In this document: positions 20,130-28,275 of the stretch, one piece after another
Numbering within the stretch: the stretch's first letter is position 1
Layout of the letters: every line of letters starts with the position of its first letter
Source of the DNA: an uncultured Candidatus Berkelbacteria bacterium
GTDB lineage: Bacteria; Patescibacteriota; UBA1384; UBA12157
Length of the DNA stretch: 64,000 bases
NCBI GenBank assembly: GCA_903877885.1
Contig: CAIRFN010000009.1
Location: 8,218-72,217 of the forward strand
Direction: 5' to 3'
Made by a program: the position numbers and the translations under genes
The notes under the pieces: model-generated
Database searches by the model: none
Told to the model about the DNA's origin: nothing
Seen by the model: the letters and a program-made list of their open reading frames with translations, nothing else

Positions 20130-21353
20130 TTATAACATGATTCGCTTATTTCGACCATCGGGAATATTTTGAACCTTGTCTTTGATTTTAGTTAAGCTAG
20201 CTCGGAACAAAGTAAACTCGCCATAGCGGTCATTGATGGCGTCGCTAGCCTTAATAACCTCATTATTTTTAATATCTTCAGGTAAAAGTAAGGCTGGCGT
20301 ATCAACACTGTTTTTAAGATTAGTGATACTGATTCCAACCGCGCGGATTGGTTTGCTAAAATGATATTTAGTAATAATTTTAAGTCCAACTTGATAAATT
20401 TCTAGGCCGTCATTGGTGAAATGTGTCAAAGTGGTTTGCTCACCGTAACTTGTGAAATCGAAAAAACGAATATAAATATGAATTGTCCGACCTAAAACTT
20501 TGGCTTTGCGCAAACGTCTAGCCACTTTTTCCGCTAACTTTAATAGAACCTTGAAAGCTTCCTCTTTCTTGAAAACGTTTTTAGGTAAAGTGTAGGAATG
20601 ACCATATGATTTTTCTAAAGGAAATTGCCAGTAAGGCAAAACCGGTTCATAATCAATGCCTTGCCCCATCATTTTTAAAATCTTGGCTTGGCGGGGATTA
20701 AAAAAATGCGTTAACCGTTGAAGATTGGTTTGAGCTAAATCCTGCATTGATTTAATTCCGAGCGGATATAATCGTTTGGAAAGTCTTGGCCCAATGCCGC
20801 AAACATCTTCGATTGGAGTGGTAGCCAGAATATCATTCAAATTATTTTTGTCGATAATAGTTAGACCATCTGGTTTTTGTTTTTCACTAGCCAATTTTGC
20901 TAATAATTTATTATGGCTAATACCAATTGAACAGGTTAAATAATCGCCGACTTCAGACTTTAATCTGGCCTTAATATCCAAAGCAATATTTTGAGCTTCT
21001 TCGATATTTTTGCAAATTCTGGTCAAATCCACAAAAGCTTCATCAATCGAAAAAATTTCCACATTTGGGCTATAGCTTTCTAAAATAGAAAATAGCTGGC
21101 GACTAATAAATTGATATTTATTAAAATCAGCGGCAACCACAATAATATCAGGACACAGGTTTCGTGCTTCCCAAACCGACATAATACCTTTAACTCCCAT
21201 CTTTTTAGCTTCCACAGAAAGAGCGGCGCAAATAGTGCGTTCACCCGAACCTTTACCCGCAACACAAACAGGTTTGCCACGCAAAAATGGATTAGACTGT
21301 TGCTCGGCTGTGGCAAAATACGAATTCATATCAACATGTAAAATGATTTTCAA
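20130..21353 (-). CDS. dinB: DNA polymerase IV (Y-family, DinB).
   Basis: ILHVDMNSYFATAEQQSNPFLRGKPVCVAG and downstream Y-family blocks. Confidence 0.9.
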   Translation of the reverse strand: MKIILHVDMNSYFATAEQQSNPFLRGKPVCVAGKGSGERTICAALSVEAKKMGVKGIMSVWEARNLCPDIIVVAADFNKYQFISRQLFSILESYSPNVEIFSIDEAFVDLTRICKNIEEAQNIALDIKARLKSEVGDYLTCSIGISHNKLLAKLASEKQKPDGLTIIDKNNLNDILATTPIEDVCGIGPRLSKRLYPLGIKSMQDLAQTNLQRLTHFFNPRQAKILKMMGQGIDYEPVLPYWQFPLEKSYGHSYTLPKNVFKKEEAFKVLLKLAEKVARRLRKAKVLGRTIHIYIRFFDFTSYGEQTTLTHFTNDGLEIYQVGLKIITKYHFSKPIRAVGISITNLKNSVDTPALLLPEDIKNNEVIKASDAINDRYGEFTLFRASLTKIKDKVQNIPDGRNKRIML

Positions 21354-21574
21354 TTATTATCCTCCAAGAACCATTCTAGAGTTTCTGGTTCGAATCTTAA
21401 TTGGTATGAGTTAGCTTCGTCAGACATAAAAAAACGAAAAATGGTTTGGCCGCCCTCTTTAAAATGGTAAACAAGATTAAGTTTGAGGTTTTTATATAAA
21501 CGATCGTTTCGACGAAACGCCAGAGGTTTAATTTTTGGACCATCAAATTGAATTAGAACTTTAATTGGTTGCAT
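21350..21574 (-). CDS. Small hypothetical protein, first gene of the dinB operon (4-nt overlap with dinB).
   Basis: 74-aa ORF overlapping the dinB start. Preceded by the promoter carrying the candidate SOS box. Confidence 0.45.
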   Translation of the reverse strand: MQPIKVLIQFDGPKIKPLAFRRNDRLYKNLKLNLVYHFKEGGQTIFRFFMSDEANSYQLRFEPETLEWFLEDNN

Positions 21575-21580
21575 ATATCT

Positions 21581-21610
21581 ATTCTACACGAACAAAAAGC
21601 GAACGTCAAA
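21581..21610 (-). promoter_or_regulatory. Promoter of the dinB operon (TTTGAC-17-TAGAAT on the minus strand) carrying the direct repeat GTTCGC-N6-GTTCGT in its spacer; candidate LexA operator.
   Basis: Minus-strand read TTTGACGTTCGCTTTTTGTTCGTGTAGAAT. Same architecture as the lexA promoter at 25217..25246. Confidence 0.5.
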
Positions 21611-21664
21611 CTCAATAAAATTAACATCAAAAACCCCGGAAAAAATCCGGGGCGCGAGGGTTGG

Positions 21665-21871
21665 TTAGAATTGTTCGTCGCGCTTGGCGCAGGCGGCAAC
21701 GTTGATCTCATGGGCGATCCGCGGCCAGTCGGTTTCGCGATTGGAAGTAAAGTCTGCTAAGTGAGCCATGACACGGTTAAGTGAGAGAAAGATACCGCGA
21801 CCGGCGAGAATTTGCCGGATGTAAGAAACAGATGTTCGATCGGTTTGATCGAAAGTGATTTGGTTAAGCAT
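21665..21871 (-). CDS. Hypothetical small protein (68 aa) inside the high-GC island.
   Basis: Strong RBS AAGGAGG 8 nt upstream of the ATG at 21871. Followed by terminator hairpin ccccgg-aaaaaat-ccgggg plus U-run (21625-21655). GC-rich codons. Confidence 0.4.
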   Translation of the reverse strand: MLNQITFDQTDRTSVSYIRQILAGRGIFLSLNRVMAHLADFTSNRETDWPRIAHEINVAACAKRDEQF

Positions 21872-22038
21872 ATTCTTAACCTCCTTTGTAGTATTGGGCG
21901 CGATATGAACTAAAAAAGGCCTTTGCGCTGGAAGCGAAAGACCCAATTCTAGTTATTTGTGTGGCAATTAACTAAAACATAAGCCTTTCGCTTGCGCGAA
22001 GGTCTTTATCGTTTTTGCAAATTGACATAAAACAAATA

Positions 22039-22057
22039 GCCATAATCTAATTATGGC
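22039..22057. promoter_or_regulatory. Perfect 8-bp inverted repeat GCCATAATctaATTATGGC in the divergent intergenic region of the high-GC island; candidate operator.
   Basis: Read directly. Sits between the two divergent island genes, about 110 nt upstream of the consensus promoter. Confidence 0.35.
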
Positions 22058-22160
22058 GAGATTCTAAAACTTTGTCAACCCCACACAATTTCTTCCTGTA
22101 AAACGGCTTCCAGCCTGTTCTTACGGGAGCGAAATCTGCGGGGCAAGGTGCGGATGACTC

Positions 22161-22189
22161 TTGACTTTTGGGTGGTTTTGTGGTACAAT
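22161..22189 (+). promoter_or_regulatory. Consensus sigma70 promoter TTGACT-17-TACAAT driving the 22387 gene, with a roughly 190-nt structured leader.
   Basis: ttgacttttgggtggttttgtggtacaat. The leader contains a GCATGC...GCATGC stem and a ctctcaa-gga-ttgagag hairpin. Confidence 0.5.
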
Positions 22190-22386
22190 TTAGTAGTTTC
22201 GAAAATGAAATATGGTTTAAACCTGTTAAAAACTTTCCTTGTTGGAAATCTGGTTGCATGCTTTCCCCTCCTTGCATGCAGCCGGTTTTCTCTCAAGGAT
22301 TGAGAGTCCTTAAAAATCGAATAGCTAATACACGCGTCAAAGCCTCAAAGAGGTGGAGATGAACATTCTCAAAAAGGAGAAGAACG

Positions 22387-22863
22387 ATGAGAATGCATTT
22401 CACGCTGGTCAATGAGTTAAATCCGAATCTGCCTCAAGCAATTCGGGATGTCGTCAGTCAAATGACGGCGCGTCTTGCCCTTCAAGCTCCGGAAGCATTA
22501 GCAAACGGGGTCTACATTGCCAGGCCGATTTCTGATGGTCTAAGTGTCCATATTAAGTCGGACTCGAGTTTCGAATTCGACTATATGGGTCTTGGCGCCG
22601 ATTTCGGTAAGCTGCCTCTCGGGCTCAAAGATGCTGACGTCACAGGTATTTATATCTATGACGAAGGCGCGGAGTGTTGGCCGGTTCTCGGCCGATACAA
22701 AGGCCGTTCGGAAAATGGCGGTGAACTCTGGCGTGCAAGCGTCGGGCAATTCGCCAGCAACAGCCTGCCAATGTGGCGGCTGGAATTAACCGCCGACACA
22801 ATCGATTGGGCAGTCCGTGGCTGGGAGCAAATCCTTAGTCACGAAATCGACCCGATCGTCTAA
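22387..22863 (+). CDS. Hypothetical protein (158 aa) inside the high-GC island.
   Basis: RBS AAAGGAGAAG 5 nt upstream of ATG. GC-rich codon usage unlike neighbouring genes. No recognisable domain. Confidence 0.5.
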   Translation: MRMHFTLVNELNPNLPQAIRDVVSQMTARLALQAPEALANGVYIARPISDGLSVHIKSDSSFEFDYMGLGADFGKLPLGLKDADVTGIYIYDEGAECWPVLGRYKGRSENGGELWRASVGQFASNSLPMWRLELTADTIDWAVRGWEQILSHEIDPIV

Positions 22864-22871
22864 ATTAGGGA
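22852..22871. repeat. Left arm of a 20-bp inverted repeat pair (CCGATCGTCTAAATTAGGGA) flanking the PaaX-like gene; overlaps the stop codon of the 22387 gene.
   Basis: Reverse complement matches 23417..23436 at 19 of 20 positions. Confidence 0.6.
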
Positions 22872-22893
22872 TAGCTTTTAATCAAATAGAAAA

Positions 22894-23406
22894 TTAATCT
22901 TTATCTATATTAAAAAGTCGGCGGAATTTGTTCTCGTCATTTAGCGCCTTACAAATAAAATAATTAACTTCACCCTGAAGGTGTAATAAGTTAATAAGTT
23001 TCTCGATATTTATAGCAATATCATCTGGTGAAATCCAAACAGACTTTTGAATCGGTTTACAATTAAGTTCCGATAATTTAGATCTGAAAACTCGACGACT
23101 TTTGGCATATTTTTCCGGAATATCAAACGCAATAATTCGCCAATAACCGTCCCAATGATTGTTAATATTTGGCTTAATCAATCTGATAGAACCTTTTGTT
23201 GTTAGTTTAAGTTGTTTTCTGTTTTTGTTCTCAATTTCGACCAAAAATCCATGCTTTTTAAGATTGTAGACCGCTTTAGAAAGTTTGTTTGTAGCAACAT
23301 CAAATAAGTTTGGTATCGATTTATATGGATAGAAAATATCGCCGCCAGCTGATAATATCTCTTCGATAACAGACAATACTTTTTTGGTTATATTTTCTTT
23401 TTTCAT
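22894..23406 (-). CDS. PaaX-family-like transcriptional regulator (winged-helix N-terminus plus PaaX_C-like C-terminus).
   Basis: C-terminal block WDGYWRIIAFDIPEKYAKSRRVFRSKLSELNCKPIQKSVWISP resembles the PaaX C-domain (W.G.W.l..f..PE..R..R..L...G...l..gVWisP). Confidence 0.55.
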   Translation of the reverse strand: MKKENITKKVLSVIEEILSAGGDIFYPYKSIPNLFDVATNKLSKAVYNLKKHGFLVEIENKNRKQLKLTTKGSIRLIKPNINNHWDGYWRIIAFDIPEKYAKSRRVFRSKLSELNCKPIQKSVWISPDDIAINIEKLINLLHLQGEVNYFICKALNDENKFRRLFNIDKD

Positions 23407-23416
23407 TGTTTTTTTG

Positions 23417-23436
23417 TCCCTAAATTAGACGATCGG
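23417..23436. repeat. Right arm of the inverted repeat pair (TCCCTAAATTAGACGATCGG), 10 nt upstream of the PaaX-like gene start.
   Basis: 19 of 20 match to the reverse complement of 22852..22871. An additional direct word TAGGGATAG lies at both ends. Confidence 0.6.
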
Positions 23437-23508
23437 ATATTCTAGGGATAGTTAACATTAATTTAATCAGTAAAACGAGTTATGTTTATTATGGTTATGA
23501 TAATATAA

Positions 23509-24135
23509 TTATATCTTTATTTCTTCACCAGTACCGACGAGGTCGATTTTGTTGTTACGGATTAGAAAACCTTGTTGGTCAGTAAGAATCCGGACCGGAT
23601 ATTTAGATCGGTTGGCTTCGTGTTTGATTGTACTGTGCCATTTTGGCGCGTAGTGAACAAAAAGATTAAAAGGCACTAAGTTTAATCCGGTTAAATCCTT
23701 CAAACCGATAACGTTTCGATCAGCGCTTTTCCATAATCCGGTTTCGATAGTTTGGCCACAAACCATACTGCCAGCGCTGACGCCAATATAAATTTTTCCT
23801 TGTGCTATCATATCTTTTACCACTTCATCAAACCCGCTCTCGCGAATAGCATTTAAAAGATAGAAAGTGTTGCCGCCTTGAACATAAATTATATTAATGT
23901 CCTTTAAAAGTCTGAATAATGTTTTTTGGTTTTTGCCTTCAATATCAATTTCTTCAATATTAAATCCCAATTCTTCCATGATTTTGCGATCTTTTTCGAC
24001 AAAGGCTTTATCGGTCGAAGGTTTTGATGCCGTGGTGATATAAGCGACATTGATTTGATTGGCTGGGCGGGGTAGAATCTTTAAGATTTCATCTTTAATA
24101 TCCATACCAGCAGAGGTTAAAAGTATTGTTTTCAA
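23509..24135 (-). CDS. Peptidase E / S51 family (cyanophycinase-like) peptidase.
   Basis: Layout NVAYITTAS...YVQGGNTFYLL...IYIGVSAGSMVCGQTIE is typical of S51 dipeptidase E. Confidence 0.65.
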   Translation of the reverse strand: MKTILLTSAGMDIKDEILKILPRPANQINVAYITTASKPSTDKAFVEKDRKIMEELGFNIEEIDIEGKNQKTLFRLLKDINIIYVQGGNTFYLLNAIRESGFDEVVKDMIAQGKIYIGVSAGSMVCGQTIETGLWKSADRNVIGLKDLTGLNLVPFNLFVHYAPKWHSTIKHEANRSKYPVRILTDQQGFLIRNNKIDLVGTGEEIKI

Positions 24136-24212
24136 TTAAAAAATCTCCTTGTTTTTAGTAGTCCTGATATATTTTACTCGTTGGGGATTTTAAGTCAAGA
24201 GTCCAACTTTTG

Positions 24213-24566
24213 TTATTCCAGCCGATGCTCCTCGAAAGTTACTCGTCGGTCTTTAACAAGTTCGGCGATTCGTTTTTGCTTGTCGCTCATTCGACTAGTG
24301 GCGGTTTTAAATTCAATAAAAACTATTTTATCTTCATCAAATTGAATGCCATCGATCGGACTACCAATAAAACGAAAGTTTTGCGGATCATAGGGAAAGT
24401 CTTTCAAAAATGGCATAAATTGTTCGGTCATTTTACCGTATTTTGAGGAGAGCGATGATTTTTGAAAGGAAATTGCTGCGTGTCTGTCTGATGCTCGGCG
24501 CCATAACCAGAAAAACAACATGGTGAAAAACAGTAAAATCAAAATTGTATAAATTTGCCAAGACAT
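24213..24566 (-). CDS. Membrane-anchored PD-(D/E)XK endonuclease related to archaeal Holliday-junction resolvase (Endonuc_Holl-like), co-transcribed downstream of lexA.
   Basis: N-terminal TM segment. FIGSPIDGIQFDEDKIVFIEFKTATSRMSDKQKRIAELVKDRRVTFEE carries a D...E.K nuclease core. 22-nt gap after lexA. Confidence 0.5.
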   Translation of the reverse strand: MSWQIYTILILLFFTMLFFWLWRRASDRHAAISFQKSSLSSKYGKMTEQFMPFLKDFPYDPQNFRFIGSPIDGIQFDEDKIVFIEFKTATSRMSDKQKRIAELVKDRRVTFEEHRLE

Positions 24567-24588
24567 ATTTTACCTCCTTCTTATATCA

Positions 24589-25185
24589 TTATTTAAATTT
24601 TCTAATTACACCTTTAACGCGGCCTTGGACCATGACTTTATTGGAATAAATTGGTTTAAAATTAGAGTTGGCTGGTTGCAAACGAATGCGGTTTTTTTCT
24701 CTGAAAAAGCGTTTGACCGTGGCATTTTCATTGTCAATTAAAGCCACTACAATTTCGCCATTTCGCGGATTATCGGTTTGTTCGATAATAATATAATCAC
24801 CATCAAAAATGCCATCTTCAATCATCGAATCGCCACGAACTTTGAGCGCAAAAACATTTTTTCCCATCATATCGCGCGGAATATCAATTGTCTCACTAGT
24901 ACGAATCGCTTCAATTGGATAACCAGCGGCAACCAGACCCATCAAAGGAATTTCAAATTTACGCTCATCAAAGCGTGGAGTCAATTGCAGAGAGCGGGCC
25001 AGATTTGGGTCTTTGGTTAAAAAGCCCTTTGTCTCGAGATTTTCGAGATGGTCTGCCACAGTAGCAATTGATCCCAGCTTAAAATTGTCGGCAATCTCAC
25101 GATAAGAAGGGGCGTAATCATGAGACTCGATGAAAGTTTGAACAAAATCCAAGATTTCTTTTTGACGTTTGGTTAATGTTTCCAT
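24589..25185 (-). CDS. lexA: SOS repressor LexA.
   Basis: N-terminal winged helix. S24 peptidase domain with the catalytic Ser (GDSM) and the conserved Lys (VKR). Confidence 0.9.
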   Translation of the reverse strand: METLTKRQKEILDFVQTFIESHDYAPSYREIADNFKLGSIATVADHLENLETKGFLTKDPNLARSLQLTPRFDERKFEIPLMGLVAAGYPIEAIRTSETIDIPRDMMGKNVFALKVRGDSMIEDGIFDGDYIIIEQTDNPRNGEIVVALIDNENATVKRFFREKNRIRLQPANSNFKPIYSNKVMVQGRVKGVIRKFK

Positions 25186-25216
25186 AGCGCAATCCTCACT
25201 TATTTATTACATATTT

Positions 25217-25246
25217 ATCATACCGAACATTGACCGAACATGTCAA
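25217..25246 (-). promoter_or_regulatory. lexA promoter (TTGACA-17-TATGAT on the minus strand) with the direct repeat GTTCGG-N6-GTTCGG in its spacer; candidate LexA operator.
   Basis: Minus-strand read TTGACATGTTCGGTCAATGTTCGGTATGAT. Confidence 0.55.
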
Positions 25247-25279
25247 GTACCAAAGGCTGTGGATATCTTTTTTTTGATC

Positions 25280-26593
25280 CTAAATAGTACGGCCGAATTT
25301 GGTGGCTAGAACGTCATAGAGTTTGGACATTTTAACGGTTTCTTGAGAAGAATCATCCATATCGCGGACAATAACAGAATTATCAAGAACTTCGCGCTGA
25401 CCAATAATCAAAGCAAATTTAGCTCTCATTCGGCTAGCCAACCGTAATTGGCCTTTCAATGATTCTTTGCCTAAAATGCAAGCTGCATCGTAACCTTTTT
25501 CTTCCAATTCAGTTGCCAATGGCAAACATTTTTTCTGAGCTTTTTCACCAATTTGAACAATGCAAATATCGACAGATTTTAATTCTGGGACTTCGATCCC
25601 CTTTTCTTTGATCCGTTCAATCAACCGTTCCATACCGGCGGCAAAACCGATGGCTGGGGTGGCAGGTTGTCCAAACATTTTTAAAAGTCCGTCGTAACGA
25701 CCGCCGCCTAAAAGTGCGGTTTGATGATTAGTATCGCGACTATCGAAAAATTCAAAAACGGTTTTAGTATAATAGTCCAGACCACGAACTAATCTGGAAT
25801 TTAAATTGTAGGGAATTTGCAAATTATCCAAATTTTCCAAAACTGATTTAAAATGGCCTTTGCAATCAGTACATAATAAATCCATTAGTTGCGGCGCGCC
25901 AGCCATAATTCGTTGGCATTTTTCTTCTTTGCAATCTAAGATTCGAAGTGGATTAGTCGCATAGCGACGGTTGCAGTCCGGACACAATGTTGGCAAAAAT
26001 TTTTCAAAATATTCGACTAACTTTTTCTTCATCTTTGGTCGGCAAGATGGACAGCCGACAGAATTAATATCAATTACAATATCTTTACCTAAGCCCAACT
26101 TATTCATAATTTGGTAAGCCAGAAAGATCACTGAAGCATCGGTAAAAGGATCGGAATCGCCAAAAATTTCAATACCAAATTGATTAAATTGGCGAAAGCG
26201 ACCATTTTGCGGTCGATTGTAACGAAATAGTTGGCCCTCGTAATAAAGTTTGACTGGTTGAGGCCAAGCTTTCATCCCGTGTTGAATGTAAGCACGAGCC
26301 ACCGCCGCGGTCATTTCTGGTCGTAAAACCAAAGTCCGTTTTTCTTCCGTTTCTGATTTTTCAGTAGTATTGGAAGTACGGCTAACCTCATACATTTCTT
26401 TAGAAATTATATCGGATTCGTCGCCTAAACTTTTTTTAAAAACTTCGGCGTACTCAAAAGCCGGCGTATCAATTCGACCGCAACCGAAAGATTCACATTT
26501 TTTTTCCACGATTTCACGCAAATAGCGCCAGAACTTTTGATCATCTGGTAAAATATCACGAGTACCACGAACAGTTTGATAAATTTGTTCCAT
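25280..26593 (-). CDS. hisS: Histidine--tRNA ligase; carries an unusual Cys4 insertion.
   Basis: RGTRDILP motif and class II aaRS motifs. Insertion CPSC...CPDC...C. Confidence 0.9.
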   Translation of the reverse strand: MEQIYQTVRGTRDILPDDQKFWRYLREIVEKKCESFGCGRIDTPAFEYAEVFKKSLGDESDIISKEMYEVSRTSNTTEKSETEEKRTLVLRPEMTAAVARAYIQHGMKAWPQPVKLYYEGQLFRYNRPQNGRFRQFNQFGIEIFGDSDPFTDASVIFLAYQIMNKLGLGKDIVIDINSVGCPSCRPKMKKKLVEYFEKFLPTLCPDCNRRYATNPLRILDCKEEKCQRIMAGAPQLMDLLCTDCKGHFKSVLENLDNLQIPYNLNSRLVRGLDYYTKTVFEFFDSRDTNHQTALLGGGRYDGLLKMFGQPATPAIGFAAGMERLIERIKEKGIEVPELKSVDICIVQIGEKAQKKCLPLATELEEKGYDAACILGKESLKGQLRLASRMRAKFALIIGQREVLDNSVIVRDMDDSSQETVKMSKLYDVLATKFGRTI

Positions 26594-26676
26594 ATTGCCT
26601 CCAGTAAAAAATTGATAACAAGATGATTTTACCAGGCAATGAGGATAAATACAAGAGTTGGCAAAAACGATTTTAA

Positions 26677-28161
26677 TTATTTAAGTCGCAGTGAAGCACG
26701 GATTTTACTCTTAGCGCCGGTAGTTTTGACAATTTTGAGCCAATCTTGTTTTGGTTTAGAGTTCTTTTTGGTCAGAATTTCGATAATATCACCGTTTTGC
26801 AAGGAATGCGAAAAGTCGACCATTTTACCATTAATTTTGGCGCCTGTAGTCGCGTTTCCGACATCAGTATGAATAGCGTAAGCAAAATCAATCGGGGTGG
26901 CATTAAAAGGTAAATTATAGACATCGCCTTGAGGTGTGTAAACGAAAATACGTTTGGAGAAAAAATCAGTCGAAAGATCTTTTACCACTTCGTGATCGTC
27001 TTGGATTGCTTCTTGCCAACGAGAAAGTTCATTAACCCAAGCCAAATCTTCGCGTGGCACCGGCCCTTTTTGTTTTATAATAAAGTCTAAGGCATTTTTC
27101 TTTTCCGAATAATGCCAATGAGCGGCGATACCATTTTCCGCTCGATCGTGCATTTCCTTAGTTCGAATCTGAATTTCCACAATTTGACCGCCATCGGCAA
27201 AAACCGTGGTATGAAGCGATTGATAACCGTTTGGTTTTGGTTGAGCGATGTAATCTTTAATCCGACCAACTAGAGGTTTATACATTTCATGAATTATACC
27301 TAAAACTCTGTAACATTGTTCGATATCTGAAACGACGATTCGAAGTGCAACTAAATCGTAAATTTGGCTTAAATCATTATTAAATCTTTGTACCTTGCGC
27401 CAAAGTGAATACCAATGCTTGGCCCGGCCATTGATTTCAGCTCGAATATTATTTTTCGCCAATTTTTTAAGCAAATGTAATTTTAGTTTTTCTAAATATT
27501 TTTCTTTTTCGGCTCGAGGATGAATTACTAATTTAGTTAAATTTTTATATTCTTCCGGGTAAACATAAGGAAAAGCTAAATCTTCCAATTGACCTTTGAG
27601 TTCTCCCATACCTAACCGGTAAGCCAGCGGGGCGTAAATTTCCAAAGTTTCTTTGGCAATCCGATATTGTTTTTTAGAATCAACGGCATCAAGCGTTTTC
27701 ATATTGTGCAATCGATCAGCCAGTTTTATTAAAATAACGCGAATATCGTGAGCCATGGCCACAAACATTTTACGCAGATTTTCCACCTGGCGTTCAAAAT
27801 CTTTCAATTGGCGTTCATCTTTAACAAAAAGCCACTTTCGAACAATTCGAATGTGGCCAAGTTTAGTCACGCCGTCAACCAATTCAGCGATTTTGGGACC
27901 AAAGTTTTTCTTAATATCTAGTTGAGTTGAGTCTGTATCTTCGCAAACGTCGTGTAAAAGCGCGGCGGCGATAGCTTCATAATCAAGCTTTAAATCGGCA
28001 ATAAAAGCGGCGGTTTCTAGTTCGTGAGTAACAAAAGGTTCGCCAGAATGGCGAGTTTGATCCTTGTGAGCTTCCGCAGCAAAATCAAAAGCGCGACGGA
28101 TCACTTTAAGATCTTGTTCTGAAATATAATTAAGTTTTTTTTCAAGGTCATTATATGTCAT
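26677..28161 (-). CDS. rel: Bifunctional (p)ppGpp synthetase/hydrolase (Rel/SpoT homolog, short form). Start set at an internal Met with an AAGGAAAC RBS; the track ORF extends to 28266.
   Basis: HD domain (HDVCEDT). Synthetase block RIKDYIAQPKPNGYQSLHTTV. TGS domain at the C-terminus. Confidence 0.85.
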   Translation of the reverse strand: MTYNDLEKKLNYISEQDLKVIRRAFDFAAEAHKDQTRHSGEPFVTHELETAAFIADLKLDYEAIAAALLHDVCEDTDSTQLDIKKNFGPKIAELVDGVTKLGHIRIVRKWLFVKDERQLKDFERQVENLRKMFVAMAHDIRVILIKLADRLHNMKTLDAVDSKKQYRIAKETLEIYAPLAYRLGMGELKGQLEDLAFPYVYPEEYKNLTKLVIHPRAEKEKYLEKLKLHLLKKLAKNNIRAEINGRAKHWYSLWRKVQRFNNDLSQIYDLVALRIVVSDIEQCYRVLGIIHEMYKPLVGRIKDYIAQPKPNGYQSLHTTVFADGGQIVEIQIRTKEMHDRAENGIAAHWHYSEKKNALDFIIKQKGPVPREDLAWVNELSRWQEAIQDDHEVVKDLSTDFFSKRIFVYTPQGDVYNLPFNATPIDFAYAIHTDVGNATTGAKINGKMVDFSHSLQNGDIIEILTKKNSKPKQDWLKIVKTTGAKSKIRASLRLK

Positions 28162-28275
28162 ATGTTTCCTTGCTTTTGAACTTCTTTTGGTACAACTAAC
28201 CATACCACCAAAATAATAATCGGTCAAGTAAAACAAAAAAGAGCCTGTTTTTAGGCTCTTTTTCATAAATACTTA

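Noticed and set aside
22047-22362. Track ORFs 22047..22277 (-), 22075..22296 (-), 22168..22362 (+) in the high-GC intergenic region.
   Set aside because: They overlap the consensus promoter and structured leader. They have no RBS. They are more likely a non-coding regulatory region.
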